This document shows positions 40,962 through 50,155 of a DNA stretch of 64,000 bases, piece by piece. Position numbers and translations under genes: made by a program. This DNA comes from Candidatus Culexmicrobium thermophilum (GTDB lineage: Archaea > Thermoproteota > Methanomethylicia > Culexarchaeales > B10-G16). Location of the stretch: NCBI GenBank assembly GCA_025061095.1, contig JANZKB010000001.1, forward strand, positions 1,078 through 65,077, in the 5' to 3' direction. Positions within the stretch are counted from its first letter, which is position 1. Each line of letters opens with the position of its first letter. The notes below the pieces were generated by a model. The model searched no databases, was not told the DNA's origin, and saw nothing but the letters and a program-made list of their open reading frames with translations.

Positions 40962-42379
40962 TTCGCTATGCCTCCCTCAATAATCTTCTTCAATGCATGG
41001 GCTAGGCGATCCAAACTCTCCTTCGTATGAAGCTCAGTAACACAGTATAAGGCGCTGGCACCTAACTCAGGAAATTTATCGGTGAGATCGATTCCACCGA
41101 AGATATTATAACTTAGCAGATTCCTGTTAATCTCATCAACCGAGAGAGAGGTGCCGTTGAAATCAACCACAAACTCTTTGAAATGTGGTGCTTTAAATCG
41201 CGGGGCTACAACACCTGGAATCTCGGATAAGAGTTTCATGGCATATTGAGATCTCTGCATTATCGTCTTACCAAGCATCTGCATACCATAAGGACCCATG
41301 AGAGAGAGATAGACTCCAGCGGTAATTCCCCATAATGCTGCAGCAGTGCCCACAAACTCCTTCGCCTTCTCCCGCCTCTCAAAGGAGGTCCTCTCAAATG
41401 CTACATCACCGAAACCATACTCACCATCAACAATGGTCTTAGTAATCCCGAAGAGACGTGAAGGATACTCCATCACAAACTTCTCCTCATCAGGAGTAGC
41501 GATGAAACCAGCTAAACCACCACCGAAATTCATATGAATCCCTAGAGGTTGAAGCTCACCGCAGACGATATCAGCATCATAACGACTGGGGGGAACGATT
41601 ACACCGAGAGAGATCGGATCAACACCAACAACAATCAGAGCATCAAACCTGTGGAGAGCATCGGATATCTCAGCGCCATGAGTCTCAATCGGACCAAGGT
41701 AAGATGGATTCTCAAAGTAGACTGCAGCAGTCTCCTCCGAGATCTTAGAATTTAAGTCATCCAAATCCATCATACCGGTCTCAGGATCATGCTTAACCAA
41801 CAAGATCTTCACAACAGGCTCACAATAATTTCTTATAATTGCAAGTCTCTCAGGGGAGATCGTGTCAGATATCAAAACTTCATCCCGCTTCGTGATCCTG
41901 CATGCCATTCTAATGGAGGTGGCGGCAGCCTGACCCCAACTATATGTTGGAACGTTAACAACATCCATCTCCACAAGTTCAGCGACCAAACTCTGATATT
42001 CGAAGAGAGCCTGCCACCTACCATGATCCTCCCACGGCTCACCGGCATATGCAGTCAAGAACTCCGATCTCCGATTGATCTCATCGCATATAGCAGGTAC
42101 ATAATGCTGCCAACATCCACCACCAAGAAAACTAACATAATCATCACACTCCCTATTTTTAGAGAGGATACCCTCAACATGACGCTTCAAATCTGCTTCA
42201 GACTGCAAGGGATCAGGCAGATTTAACACACCCTTAAACTTAAGCTCATCAGGGATGCTTGAGTAGAGTTGATCCATGCTCTCCACGCCTATCTCCCTCA
42301 GCATCTCTTTCTGGATATATGGAGAGGAGTTTGGGATATATGGATGAGCGCACTTCCTTTTAGACCTTTCATTCAACAT
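40958..42379 (-). CDS. gcvPA: glycine dehydrogenase (decarboxylating) subunit 1
   Basis: HPYIPNS N-terminal motif after internal Met; ATGA overlap with gcvPB. Confidence 0.75.
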   Translation of the reverse strand: MLNERSKRKCAHPYIPNSSPYIQKEMLREIGVESMDQLYSSIPDELKFKGVLNLPDPLQSEADLKRHVEGILSKNRECDDYVSFLGGGCWQHYVPAICDEINRRSEFLTAYAGEPWEDHGRWQALFEYQSLVAELVEMDVVNVPTYSWGQAAATSIRMACRITKRDEVLISDTISPERLAIIRNYCEPVVKILLVKHDPETGMMDLDDLNSKISEETAAVYFENPSYLGPIETHGAEISDALHRFDALIVVGVDPISLGVIVPPSRYDADIVCGELQPLGIHMNFGGGLAGFIATPDEEKFVMEYPSRLFGITKTIVDGEYGFGDVAFERTSFERREKAKEFVGTAAALWGITAGVYLSLMGPYGMQMLGKTIMQRSQYAMKLLSEIPGVVAPRFKAPHFKEFVVDFNGTSLSVDEINRNLLSYNIFGGIDLTDKFPELGASALYCVTELHTKESLDRLAHALKKIIEGGIAK

Positions 42380-42398
42380 ATGAATCAACCTCCTAAGA

Positions 42399-43154
42399 TC
42401 AAGCCAACCCTCCACCATCAACAACCAGGATCGCCCCTGTAACCCAACTTGAGAGATCACTCGCAAGGTAAAGAACCGCATTGGCAATGTCTTCAGGCTT
42501 CCCCACACGCTTAATCGGCCTATCAGCAGCCTCCTCCAAAAACTTATTTAAATCAACACCTAACTGACGGGCCTCACTTCGAAGAAGAGGCGTATCTACA
42601 TCTCCAGGACAGATACAGTTAACTCGAATCCCCTCCCTACCATGATCGATAGCCATAGCACGGGTAAGGTTGACAACCCCACCTTTAGAAGCACAGTAGG
42701 CTGCAGCTTTCGGACCGCCCTTTAATCCCCAACCGGAACCAATATTTATGATACAGCCGCCGCCACCCCTAACCATATAGGGAATGAAATGATGGGATGT
42801 AAGATAGATACCTTTAAGATTCACATCTAAGACTAGATCCCACTCCTCCTCACTCATCTCAACGACATTCTTCCTTACGATAACACCAGCACTATTTACA
42901 AGGATATCGATCCTCCCAAAATTTTCATAAACCCTCTCAGCCACCCTCTTACACTGAAGATTCGAAGTAATATCACAACGATAAAATCTCGCATCCACAC
43001 CAACCTCTTCAACTATCTTCAAAGCTTTTCTTCCCCCCTCCTCATCTATATCCAATAGGGCTATGTTCGCACCAGCCTCAGCCAGACGCTTAGCAACACC
43101 CAACCCTATCCCAGAAGCAGCACCAGTAACCACCGCAACCTTCCCATTTAACAT
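42399..43154 (-). CDS. short-chain dehydrogenase/reductase (SDR)
   Basis: GKVAVVTGAASGIG Rossmann motif, YxxxK. Confidence 0.75.
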   Translation of the reverse strand: MLNGKVAVVTGAASGIGLGVAKRLAEAGANIALLDIDEEGGRKALKIVEEVGVDARFYRCDITSNLQCKRVAERVYENFGRIDILVNSAGVIVRKNVVEMSEEEWDLVLDVNLKGIYLTSHHFIPYMVRGGGGCIINIGSGWGLKGGPKAAAYCASKGGVVNLTRAMAIDHGREGIRVNCICPGDVDTPLLRSEARQLGVDLNKFLEEAADRPIKRVGKPEDIANAVLYLASDLSSWVTGAILVVDGGGLA

Positions 43155-43442
43155 TACATGTTTCAATATCTCCTCAGAAACCATAAAATCACACTCCAAG
43201 ATTATATAAAGCTTAAAAGTTAATAACAATTAGTTTAATAATCCCTCAATATCAAATGATAGTGAATGAAGTGAAAGAAATGAAGATAATGATTATACAT
43301 GCTGAGAAGATGTGGTGGAAGATGATAAAACCTGTTAGAATGCCCTTAAAAGATGAAATCAACTCTAAGAATAAAAGAGACATAATACTTGCAGAATTAT
43401 TACGCTAGCATTTCCACCAAAATAAAAAATAGGCCTAACCGC

Positions 43443-43660
43443 TTATTTCGCTCCCCTTTTCAGTCACTTCTTCGGTTAGCGAATCGGTGACCGAAACTGG
43501 TTTTCGCTCACTTTTGGGTAGGAACAAGATTTTTGTTTCTGTCGCCCCGCTTACTTTTCGCTCACCTTCTCGCTCGGTTTCGGTCTCAATTTCGGTCTAT
43601 TTTCGGTCCCCTTTTCGCTCCCCTTTCAGCCCCCGCTCAGTCAATTTTTCGCTCATCTAG
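43443..43660. repeat. degenerate tandem array (8-9 copies) of a TTTTCG(C/G)TC(A/C)C unit plus an inverted repeat TTCGGT-N13-ACCGAA containing GGTGACC
   Basis: direct reading: ...atttcgctcccctttt...ttttcgctcactttt...cttttcgctcaccttctcgctcggtttcggtctcaatttcggtctattttcggtccccttttcgctcccc...tttttcgctcatc. Confidence 0.7.
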
Positions 43661-43756
43661 AAATATTAATAGAAGAATATAAACTTGGAAAAGCATCATC
43701 ATAAACAAAAAAGAGTAAACATTAGAAGATAAACCATAAAGAAAATAATAAAAAAG

Positions 43757-44109
43757 ATGAAGCCCCCCAAACCAGGTGGCGCATATAATCAAGCGGTGGA
43801 ATTTAATGGTCTCATCTTTGTCTCAGGACAACTGGCCAGAGATAAAGATGGAGGAGAGATAATTGAAGGCGACATAACAGCTCAAACAAAGAAGGTAATT
43901 CAAAACATAGAGAAGATACTTAAAGTAGCCGACAGCAGTTTAGATAACATACTGATGTCATTTGTATTCCTAAGAGAGAAAAGACTATTCGATAAATTCA
44001 ACGAAGAGTATAAGAAAAACTTCAAAAGGAATTACCAGCAAGAGTAACAGTCGGAGTAGAACTGGCTCCCAATGCATTGGTAGAAATCGCGGTCATAGCA
44101 CACAAATAG
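43757..44109 (+). pseudogene. ridA: RidA/YjgF-family deaminase gene with a 1-nt frameshift in an A-run
   Basis: frame 0 encodes PKPGGAYNQAVEFNGLIFVSGQ...; the C-terminal ...LPARVTVGVELAPNALVEIAVIA continues in another frame after 'aaaaacttcaaaagg'. Confidence 0.65.
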
Positions 44110-44413
44110 ATTAACAAAATAATGAAAAACAACAACCATTTCGCGGCTAGAATCGTAGAAAATAGAAGCATGAGTATAGCACTGAAAAAGCAGACGAAGA
44201 ACTTGAAGTAGCAATATGCATTAAAAACTCCGTTCCAGTATTGATAGCCGTAGCCACATCATTACCACATGGGATAGATGAACAGATATGAAGCTCAAGA
44301 TCTCTTCAGGATCCCCTCAAATGTAAACCTCTTGTCTAAAAATGTTCATGCCCTGAGAGAATGTAAAAAGTACAAATTATTTAACAATAGTAGTTTAAAA
44401 TATAAAACACGTA

Positions 44414-45424
44414 TTGTTAAGAGATTCTGTGGAGGGTGTGTTGGTGGTTAATTATTTTTTGGTTGCTGTTTCTAATAGGGAGAATTTGGGTTTGTGTTTG
44501 GATTTTGGTATGGCTGGTTTTCCTGGCAGTGTGAATGGTGTTTGGGCTTTTTGTGATGTTGAGGTTGGTGATTTTGTTTCTTTTCTTTACGCTGCTCATA
44601 TTTATAATCTTTATAGGGTTAGTGATAAGATGGCTATTTTGAGGGCTGAGGAGGCTCCTCCCTGGAAGCCTCTTGAGTTTAGGTCTGGTAGGGTTTATTA
44701 TTTTCCTTTTCGTTTGTTGCTTGAGCCTGTTCGTTGGTTTAGGGAGTCTTTGGTTCGTGCTGAGTTTGCCTATGTTGCTGAGAATTTATTGTTGCGTGGT
44801 GGTTATGCTAAGACTCATTTTCAGGCTGATCAGACGACTCTTCAGTGCGCATCTCAGTTAGGTGAGCTTGTTGAAAATTATTTGTTTAAGAGTGTTGACC
44901 TGAAGAAATATGGTGTTTTTACTCCGAAGTTTTCTCTGGATAAGAGTAGGGTGAATATGGTGGATGTCTATCCACTTAGGGAAATGATTTTACAGGCTTT
45001 GATAAGGAAGTATTTAAGTCAAGAAAATAATCTTGCCAGATTCCTAGAACTTATGGAAATTTCAGAAACTCAACCAAGATACTTGGAAGTATTGGGCGAG
45101 AAAGCTTTACCCGAAGGGCATGTAGATATTTTAATTAAGGAACGAACACCAATAGGCAAAGCAAAACTCATAATAATAGAAGTTAAAAGTGGCAGAGCTT
45201 ACCTAAGAGATCTAAAACAGCTTGAAAAATATAGAGCAGAGATCGGATCAGAATGTATTGGGGCATGCTTAATAGCAAAAGATTTTCCACGAAAAATAAT
45301 CAAATCTGAAAACAATATTAAACTACTCAAATATAATTTAGATATCATGAAAAATGAAGCCTACACCTTAAATCAACTACTCAAATCACTAACACTAATA
45401 AAAACAACAAAGCTAAAGCTATAA
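44414..45424 (+). CDS. PUA-like (EVE-type) domain fused to Mrr/NucS-like PD-(D/E)xK nuclease; predicted modification-dependent restriction endonuclease
   Basis: N-terminal ...VEVGDFVSFLYAAHIYNLYRV (EVE-like GD..FYxS strand pattern); C-terminal GHVDILIKE...LIIIEVKSGRAYLRDLKQLEKY (D...E-x-K); 5' ~570 nt uses NNT codons unlike host, 3' part host-like. Confidence 0.5.
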   Translation: MLRDSVEGVLVVNYFLVAVSNRENLGLCLDFGMAGFPGSVNGVWAFCDVEVGDFVSFLYAAHIYNLYRVSDKMAILRAEEAPPWKPLEFRSGRVYYFPFRLLLEPVRWFRESLVRAEFAYVAENLLLRGGYAKTHFQADQTTLQCASQLGELVENYLFKSVDLKKYGVFTPKFSLDKSRVNMVDVYPLREMILQALIRKYLSQENNLARFLELMEISETQPRYLEVLGEKALPEGHVDILIKERTPIGKAKLIIIEVKSGRAYLRDLKQLEKYRAEIGSECIGACLIAKDFPRKIIKSENNIKLLKYNLDIMKNEAYTLNQLLKSLTLIKTTKLKL

Positions 45425-45550
45425 ACAACATTACATACTATATTATCCATAAGAAGTTTGTTTAATGCTTCCCTCAAGTAAGCCATGGTTATGATATTGT
45501 AGATTAATTTAATCACCGCTAAAAAATTAAGGATCAGCAATATTAAATAG

Positions 45551-45853
45551 AGTAGTTTCCTTCATCTTCAAAATTGTCAGCTAGGAGGAATAACATATAA
45601 AAGATATTGGTGTATAGTTACGTCACCTGAAAACTGGGAAATATGTAAAAGAAATAATGTTTGGGGGATGAATGCAAGATATTATGTAACTCTTCAAAAA
45701 TTTCTGAAAACAGGAGGCCAAGCGGTAGTATATACTCATGGTGGAAAATTTGTCGCGGTTATGGAATTCATAGGTAACTGGTTCTATGAAGAAAAGGATA
45801 TAGGATGGACTAAAGGTAAAAGAATTTTTATTTCCGTACAGAATAAAGTTTAA
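45551..45853 (+). CDS. stand-alone EVE/PUA-like domain protein; no canonical start until ATG 45668 (possible pseudogene)
   Basis: in-frame translation from 45551: ...RYWCIVTSPENWEICKRNNVWGMNARYYVTLQKFLKTGGQAVVYTHGGKFVAVMEF...W...IFISV matches the EVE pattern; a GGAGG Shine-Dalgarno-like motif lies upstream but no ATG/GTG/TTG in frame. Confidence 0.45.
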   Translation, partial: SSFLHLQNCQLGGITYKRYWCIVTSPENWEICKRNNVWGMNARYYVTLQKFLKTGGQAVVYTHGGKFVAVMEFIGNWFYEEKDIGWTKGKRIFISVQNKV

Positions 45854-46265
45854 AATCCTTCATGAAGCTAAAACCTGTTAAAATATCTTATTCTATTGTA
45901 GAGGAAGGAAGTAAAGCAAAATGGATCAATCCTAATTTCATTGATGATATTACTTTTATTGCAGATAAAAGGAAAAACATGGAATCAGTATTTACAAGTT
46001 TCAATTATTAGAATAATGAAAGAGGATTTTGACACAATATGTGAAGCGATTAAAAGGAATTGACAAAAATATGCTTGCCAATGATATACTGAATAATCCA
46101 TATTGTGCATTAGTTTATTATTTTGATTACTTTGTTTAGTGTTTCTGCTTTGATGATGGATGCGCTGAGGCTGAAGATCTCTTCCCTTGTTATTATCATG
46201 TTGGGTGTGACTTCTTTAAATATTGAGGCTTTGATGTAGTAGCTCTTTTGATGCTTCTGTTCCTT

Positions 46266-46799
46266 CTAATTCTCTAATAGCTTTAAAATTCGTTCTCCAA
46301 GTTTTTGAGCTTCCTTCAGTGCTTCTTCATCTTTTAGGATGTCGCCTTTTTCGAATGCGTATCCTAGAATGCCTGGAATTTTAGTCATTTTCAATCTTGA
46401 TAGATATTCTTCTATTTCACCTATTGTGGAACCTATTTTTCTTCTTCCAACAACAATGTATGTGCCGATTTTTCCTTCGAGCTGCCCCTTTCTGAGGAAC
46501 CATGTTCTTTCCATGAAAGCTCGAAGCCTGGATGTTACACCTCCCATGTATGAAGGGCTGGACAGGATTATGACGTCGGCTTCTTTGAGCTTGGGGTATA
46601 GCTTTTGCATATCATCCTCTATAACGCATTGGTTGTTCTCCTCACAGTAATGACATCCCTCACAGGGCTTAATGTTATAATCCTTTAGAAAAATAATTTC
46701 TGTCTCATATTTTTTCTTAAGAATCTTCATAACTTCCTCAAGCAATTGTGCAGTGTTTCCATTCTTATGCGGAGAACCAATAATTCCAATAGCTTTCAT
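46266..46799 (-). CDS. NADPH-dependent FMN reductase / iron-sulfur flavoprotein (Isf-like)
   Basis: flavodoxin-like fold GIIGSPHKNGNT; CEGCHYC Cys motif. Confidence 0.6.
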   Translation of the reverse strand: MKAIGIIGSPHKNGNTAQLLEEVMKILKKKYETEIIFLKDYNIKPCEGCHYCEENNQCVIEDDMQKLYPKLKEADVIILSSPSYMGGVTSRLRAFMERTWFLRKGQLEGKIGTYIVVGRRKIGSTIGEIEEYLSRLKMTKIPGILGYAFEKGDILKDEEALKEAQKLGERILKLLEN

Positions 46800-46804
46800 A
46801 ACCT

Positions 46805-47560
46805 TTACTCCCTCATTTGGTTGATTATATGGAAACGGATACCGATGTAGAGAAACAAAGACAAATAGAGAACAAGAATTCCCACATTAACTAAAGGATG
46901 GAAAGTAGTCGTCTCTCCAAGCCCTTTCCTAAGCAATTCTATAGTATGAGTAAGGGGAGAGAAGAATGATATAATCTGTGCCCAAGACGGCAGATCCTTA
47001 ATTGGAATAAAGATACCGCTGATAAAGAGCAGGGGCAATCTGACAAAGTTCAGAGGCATCATAACTTGACCGGGATTCTGACCGGGGATTGAGGCAAACA
47101 TTATCCCCATGGTGGCAAAACAGAGGGCTGAGAGAACCATTCCAGCCAACAATGCTGCAAAATCACTTATTAGAGAATTGAAAAAGAAGAATCCGACGAT
47201 TATTGGGATGATGGAGATCAATAAACCATAAAGAAAGCCTGCAAACGTCTTGCCTAAAAGTACAGTAATAAGAGAAACGGGAGCAGCAAAAAATCGATCA
47301 AAAGTCTTAATTCTCCGCTCAAGAGGGATGGTTACAGGTCCAATAGTGGAAGAGGCGAAGAATAGCGTCTGAGCAACGAGAATTGGAATTGCACTATGGA
47401 CAGAGATCTTCCGACCTATCACAAAAGATAGAAACAAGGAGCAGGGAAAAAGAATACCAAAAACCAAGGAAGGAAACTTAACATAATAGATACGTATATC
47501 CTTCTCACTAATTGCCAAAGCAACACGAATCTCCCTTAAGAGACGCTTAGAAGTTATCAA
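46805..47560 (-). CDS. ABC-2 family transporter permease
   Basis: 6 TM segments; overlaps ATPase gene by 4 nt. Confidence 0.65.
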   Translation of the reverse strand: MITSKRLLREIRVALAISEKDIRIYYVKFPSLVFGILFPCSLFLSFVIGRKISVHSAIPILVAQTLFFASSTIGPVTIPLERRIKTFDRFFAAPVSLITVLLGKTFAGFLYGLLISIIPIIVGFFFFNSLISDFAALLAGMVLSALCFATMGIMFASIPGQNPGQVMMPLNFVRLPLLFISGIFIPIKDLPSWAQIISFFSPLTHTIELLRKGLGETTTFHPLVNVGILVLYLSLFLYIGIRFHIINQMRE

Positions 47561-48585
47561 GACTTCACCCCCTTATTACGTCCCATATCCCGCTTCTTCC
47601 TCTTCCAAGCAGATCCACCTTCAGACCTCTCAGACACCTCAGGTTCAACGCCTGTAAGCTCCAAGAACACGTCAGTTAAACTCGGTCCTAAAGTATTCAA
47701 AGTAATTATCTTCAAATTATTAGCTTTAACATAATCCCAGAGAGCAGAAAGCAGAGCAGAAGGTTCCTCAGTATATAATTTATATTTATCACCATACTTT
47801 ACAACACGAGTAACCGTTGGAAGCTTATTGAGATCACTTAGCAAACCATTAACCTCACGATAGAATGAGACCTCAACAGACTGAAGCCTCTTTGCGGTAC
47901 GCTTCAACCTCTCGGGAGTATCGATGGCCACTATCTTCCCCCTATTAATTATAGCCACTCTATCACACATCTGGTTCGCCTCCTCCAAATTATGAGTAGT
48001 AAGAAAGATCGTCAACCCCTCTTCATTCAACTTGCGAATCAAATTTCTTATCGTCAAAACACTCTGAACATCAAGACCAGAAGTAGGCTCATCCAAAAAT
48101 AAAACGGAAGAATCATTCATAAGAGCCATAGCTATACAGAGACGCCGCTTCATCCCTCTCGAGAAATTCTCAACCTTTACATTACGCTTATCATAAAGAT
48201 TAAATAACTTCAAGAGCTCCTCAGCCTTCCTCTCCCTTTCAGGCTTAGGAATGTCATAAAGCTTACCGATAAAAATCAAATTATCCCATGCAGACAACTC
48301 AGTATAAACATTCGAGATATCCGTAACTATACCAATCAATTCCTTAGCCTCTACAGACTGACGCTGAATATCAAAACCCATAATCTTCGCATAACCCTCA
48401 CTGGGCCTTGAAATACCCGTCAACATCCGAACCGTCGTCGTCTTCCCAGCACCATTAGGCCCAAGAAAACCAAAGATCTCCCCACACTTAACCTCAAAAC
48501 ATATATGATCAACAGCAAGAAGATCCCCATAATACTTCGTAAGATTAACCGCCTCAATAGCAGGCTCCGCAGAAATTCGACTCAT
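47557..48585 (-). CDS. ABC transporter ATP-binding protein
   Basis: Walker A GPNGAGKTT, signature LSRGMKRRL, Walker B LFLDEPT. Confidence 0.85.
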   Translation of the reverse strand: MSRISAEPAIEAVNLTKYYGDLLAVDHICFEVKCGEIFGFLGPNGAGKTTTVRMLTGISRPSEGYAKIMGFDIQRQSVEAKELIGIVTDISNVYTELSAWDNLIFIGKLYDIPKPERERKAEELLKLFNLYDKRNVKVENFSRGMKRRLCIAMALMNDSSVLFLDEPTSGLDVQSVLTIRNLIRKLNEEGLTIFLTTHNLEEANQMCDRVAIINRGKIVAIDTPERLKRTAKRLQSVEVSFYREVNGLLSDLNKLPTVTRVVKYGDKYKLYTEEPSALLSALWDYVKANNLKIITLNTLGPSLTDVFLELTGVEPEVSERSEGGSAWKRKKRDMGRNKGVKS

Positions 48586-48793
48586 AAATTTAATGCCTCC
48601 AATAAAAAGAAATAAATCATTATTTAACTAAATGGGCAAAAATATATTATTTTTGCCCATTCACCAAACCAACAACCGAAAAATTACAAAAATCAATCAA
48701 AACCGACAAAATTGACCATTATCACAGAACTAACCATAACAGGATCTATAAGAATAGAAGATAAGCAACTAGAGGAATTTTGAGGAATATACG

Positions 48794-49966
48794 CTAGAAA
48801 GTATTTACATCATACTTCACTAAACTCTTTAGAGACGCATCCTCACCTCTAAGTTGTAGATATGAGAATATGGAAAAAGCGACATAAGATATCCCTGAAA
48901 TTGTGAATGCTATAGGATAGCCGAATTTTTCTATAAGCAAACCAAATAAAATTAGAGAAGTGAATTCAATAATTCTCAGAGGTATGTGCAAGATTCCTAT
49001 ATCTATTGAAAGTGTCTCATGCCTATCCTTACTCACCTTTGCGATAATTGACTCATAAAAACGTGTTCCAAGACCACCTGCAATGGCTAAGGTAATCACT
49101 AAAACTGGCATAAACGATGGAAAATACGGCAAACTAATGCATGTAACAAGATATATGATACTTTGGATTACTGCACGCATAATGCTCAGTGAAAGTTTTA
49201 AGGTTCCGAAGATAGTAATAGAGGAGATTATATTGAACCCCATAAAGATTATTCCAATAAACATATAGTCATAACCCAATAACTCAGACATAAAGATCGG
49301 TAACACAAAAGAGGCTAACGGATATCTAGCTAAACTATTAAGAGCCAGTATCAAAGAAGTATACCAAAAATCCCTACTCCGACCCCTCGGGTCCAAAGAC
49401 TTCAAAACCCTAAACAAATCAAGCTTCACACGCCTTACACCAGCACTCCAAAGTAACGCTGTAGGGTAAAGAAGAAGCAATGAAGCAAGTATAAGTAAGA
49501 TAAAAGCAGCTCCAGCACCAATCAATGACATAATTAGACCAGTAACAGCACTTCCAAAAGCACCACCCAACGTAACAGTTGCAATCATCCGCGTAGCCTC
49601 TCCAGCCTCCTTATTAGGAGACAACAGATAGGTGGCGGTTCTACTCACAGCCCAATATGCCGAAACTGATATACCCTCCATAATCTTACCCACAGCAAAA
49701 TCGATAGGCGAACTAGCGAACAAATAGATGAAAGAAGCAGAGGAAAGAGTCAACCAATTTACCAAAAAAATTGGAGACCAACCGACCTGATCAGCTAAAG
49801 CTGCAAGTATAATCCTAATGAAAAGAAATACTAATGGAAGGATTGACATGATAACGCCGATTTCAGCTAAACTAACATTCCTATCCAACAAAACAAGTGG
49901 AATGGCAATTCCAAAACCACCTGAAACAAAACTCGTCAAGAAAGATGTGAGCAGCACTCTCCACAT
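48794..49966 (-). CDS. MFS-type transporter
   Basis: 12 predicted TM helices. Confidence 0.6.
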   Translation of the reverse strand: MWRVLLTSFLTSFVSGGFGIAIPLVLLDRNVSLAEIGVIMSILPLVFLFIRIILAALADQVGWSPIFLVNWLTLSSASFIYLFASSPIDFAVGKIMEGISVSAYWAVSRTATYLLSPNKEAGEATRMIATVTLGGAFGSAVTGLIMSLIGAGAAFILLILASLLLLYPTALLWSAGVRRVKLDLFRVLKSLDPRGRSRDFWYTSLILALNSLARYPLASFVLPIFMSELLGYDYMFIGIIFMGFNIISSITIFGTLKLSLSIMRAVIQSIIYLVTCISLPYFPSFMPVLVITLAIAGGLGTRFYESIIAKVSKDRHETLSIDIGILHIPLRIIEFTSLILFGLLIEKFGYPIAFTISGISYVAFSIFSYLQLRGEDASLKSLVKYDVNTF

Positions 49967-50155
49967 AATAAATCACCAAGACAAGAACTAAATACATAGA
50001 GGAAAGATATAAAACATTTATTGAATCATCTTTAAATAATATGCGATAACGGGTTTGAAGTAAAATATAATAATGTTTGGTGTTTTAACAAATTACTTAT
50101 TCTGAAATGAAGTTGGTATCCATCAAATGATAATTGAAAATATCTTTAGATAGCT

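Noticed and set aside
43270-43400. 43-aa ORF MKIMIIHAEKMWWKMIKPVRMPLKDEINSKNKRDIILAELLR in the island's leading gap
   Set aside because: Too short and featureless to call; it could be a remnant or chance ORF in AT-rich sequence.
44417-44861. ORFs 44673-44861 (+) and 44417-44599 (-) overlapping the 5' half of the EVE-nuclease gene
   Set aside because: This segment is strongly A-depleted on the + strand, so stop codons (all contain A) are rare in every + frame and long ORFs arise by chance; the alternative-frame products are low-complexity (L/F/V/C or K/N/T/Q-rich).
46150-46265. Possible C/D-box sRNA (TGATGA at ~46158, CTGA at ~46170, second TGATG ~46233)
   Set aside because: The box spacing does not fit the C–guide–D'–C'–guide–D layout (D' only 8 nt after C, no terminal D box or stem); it may simply be the promoter/5' UTR of the Isf gene.
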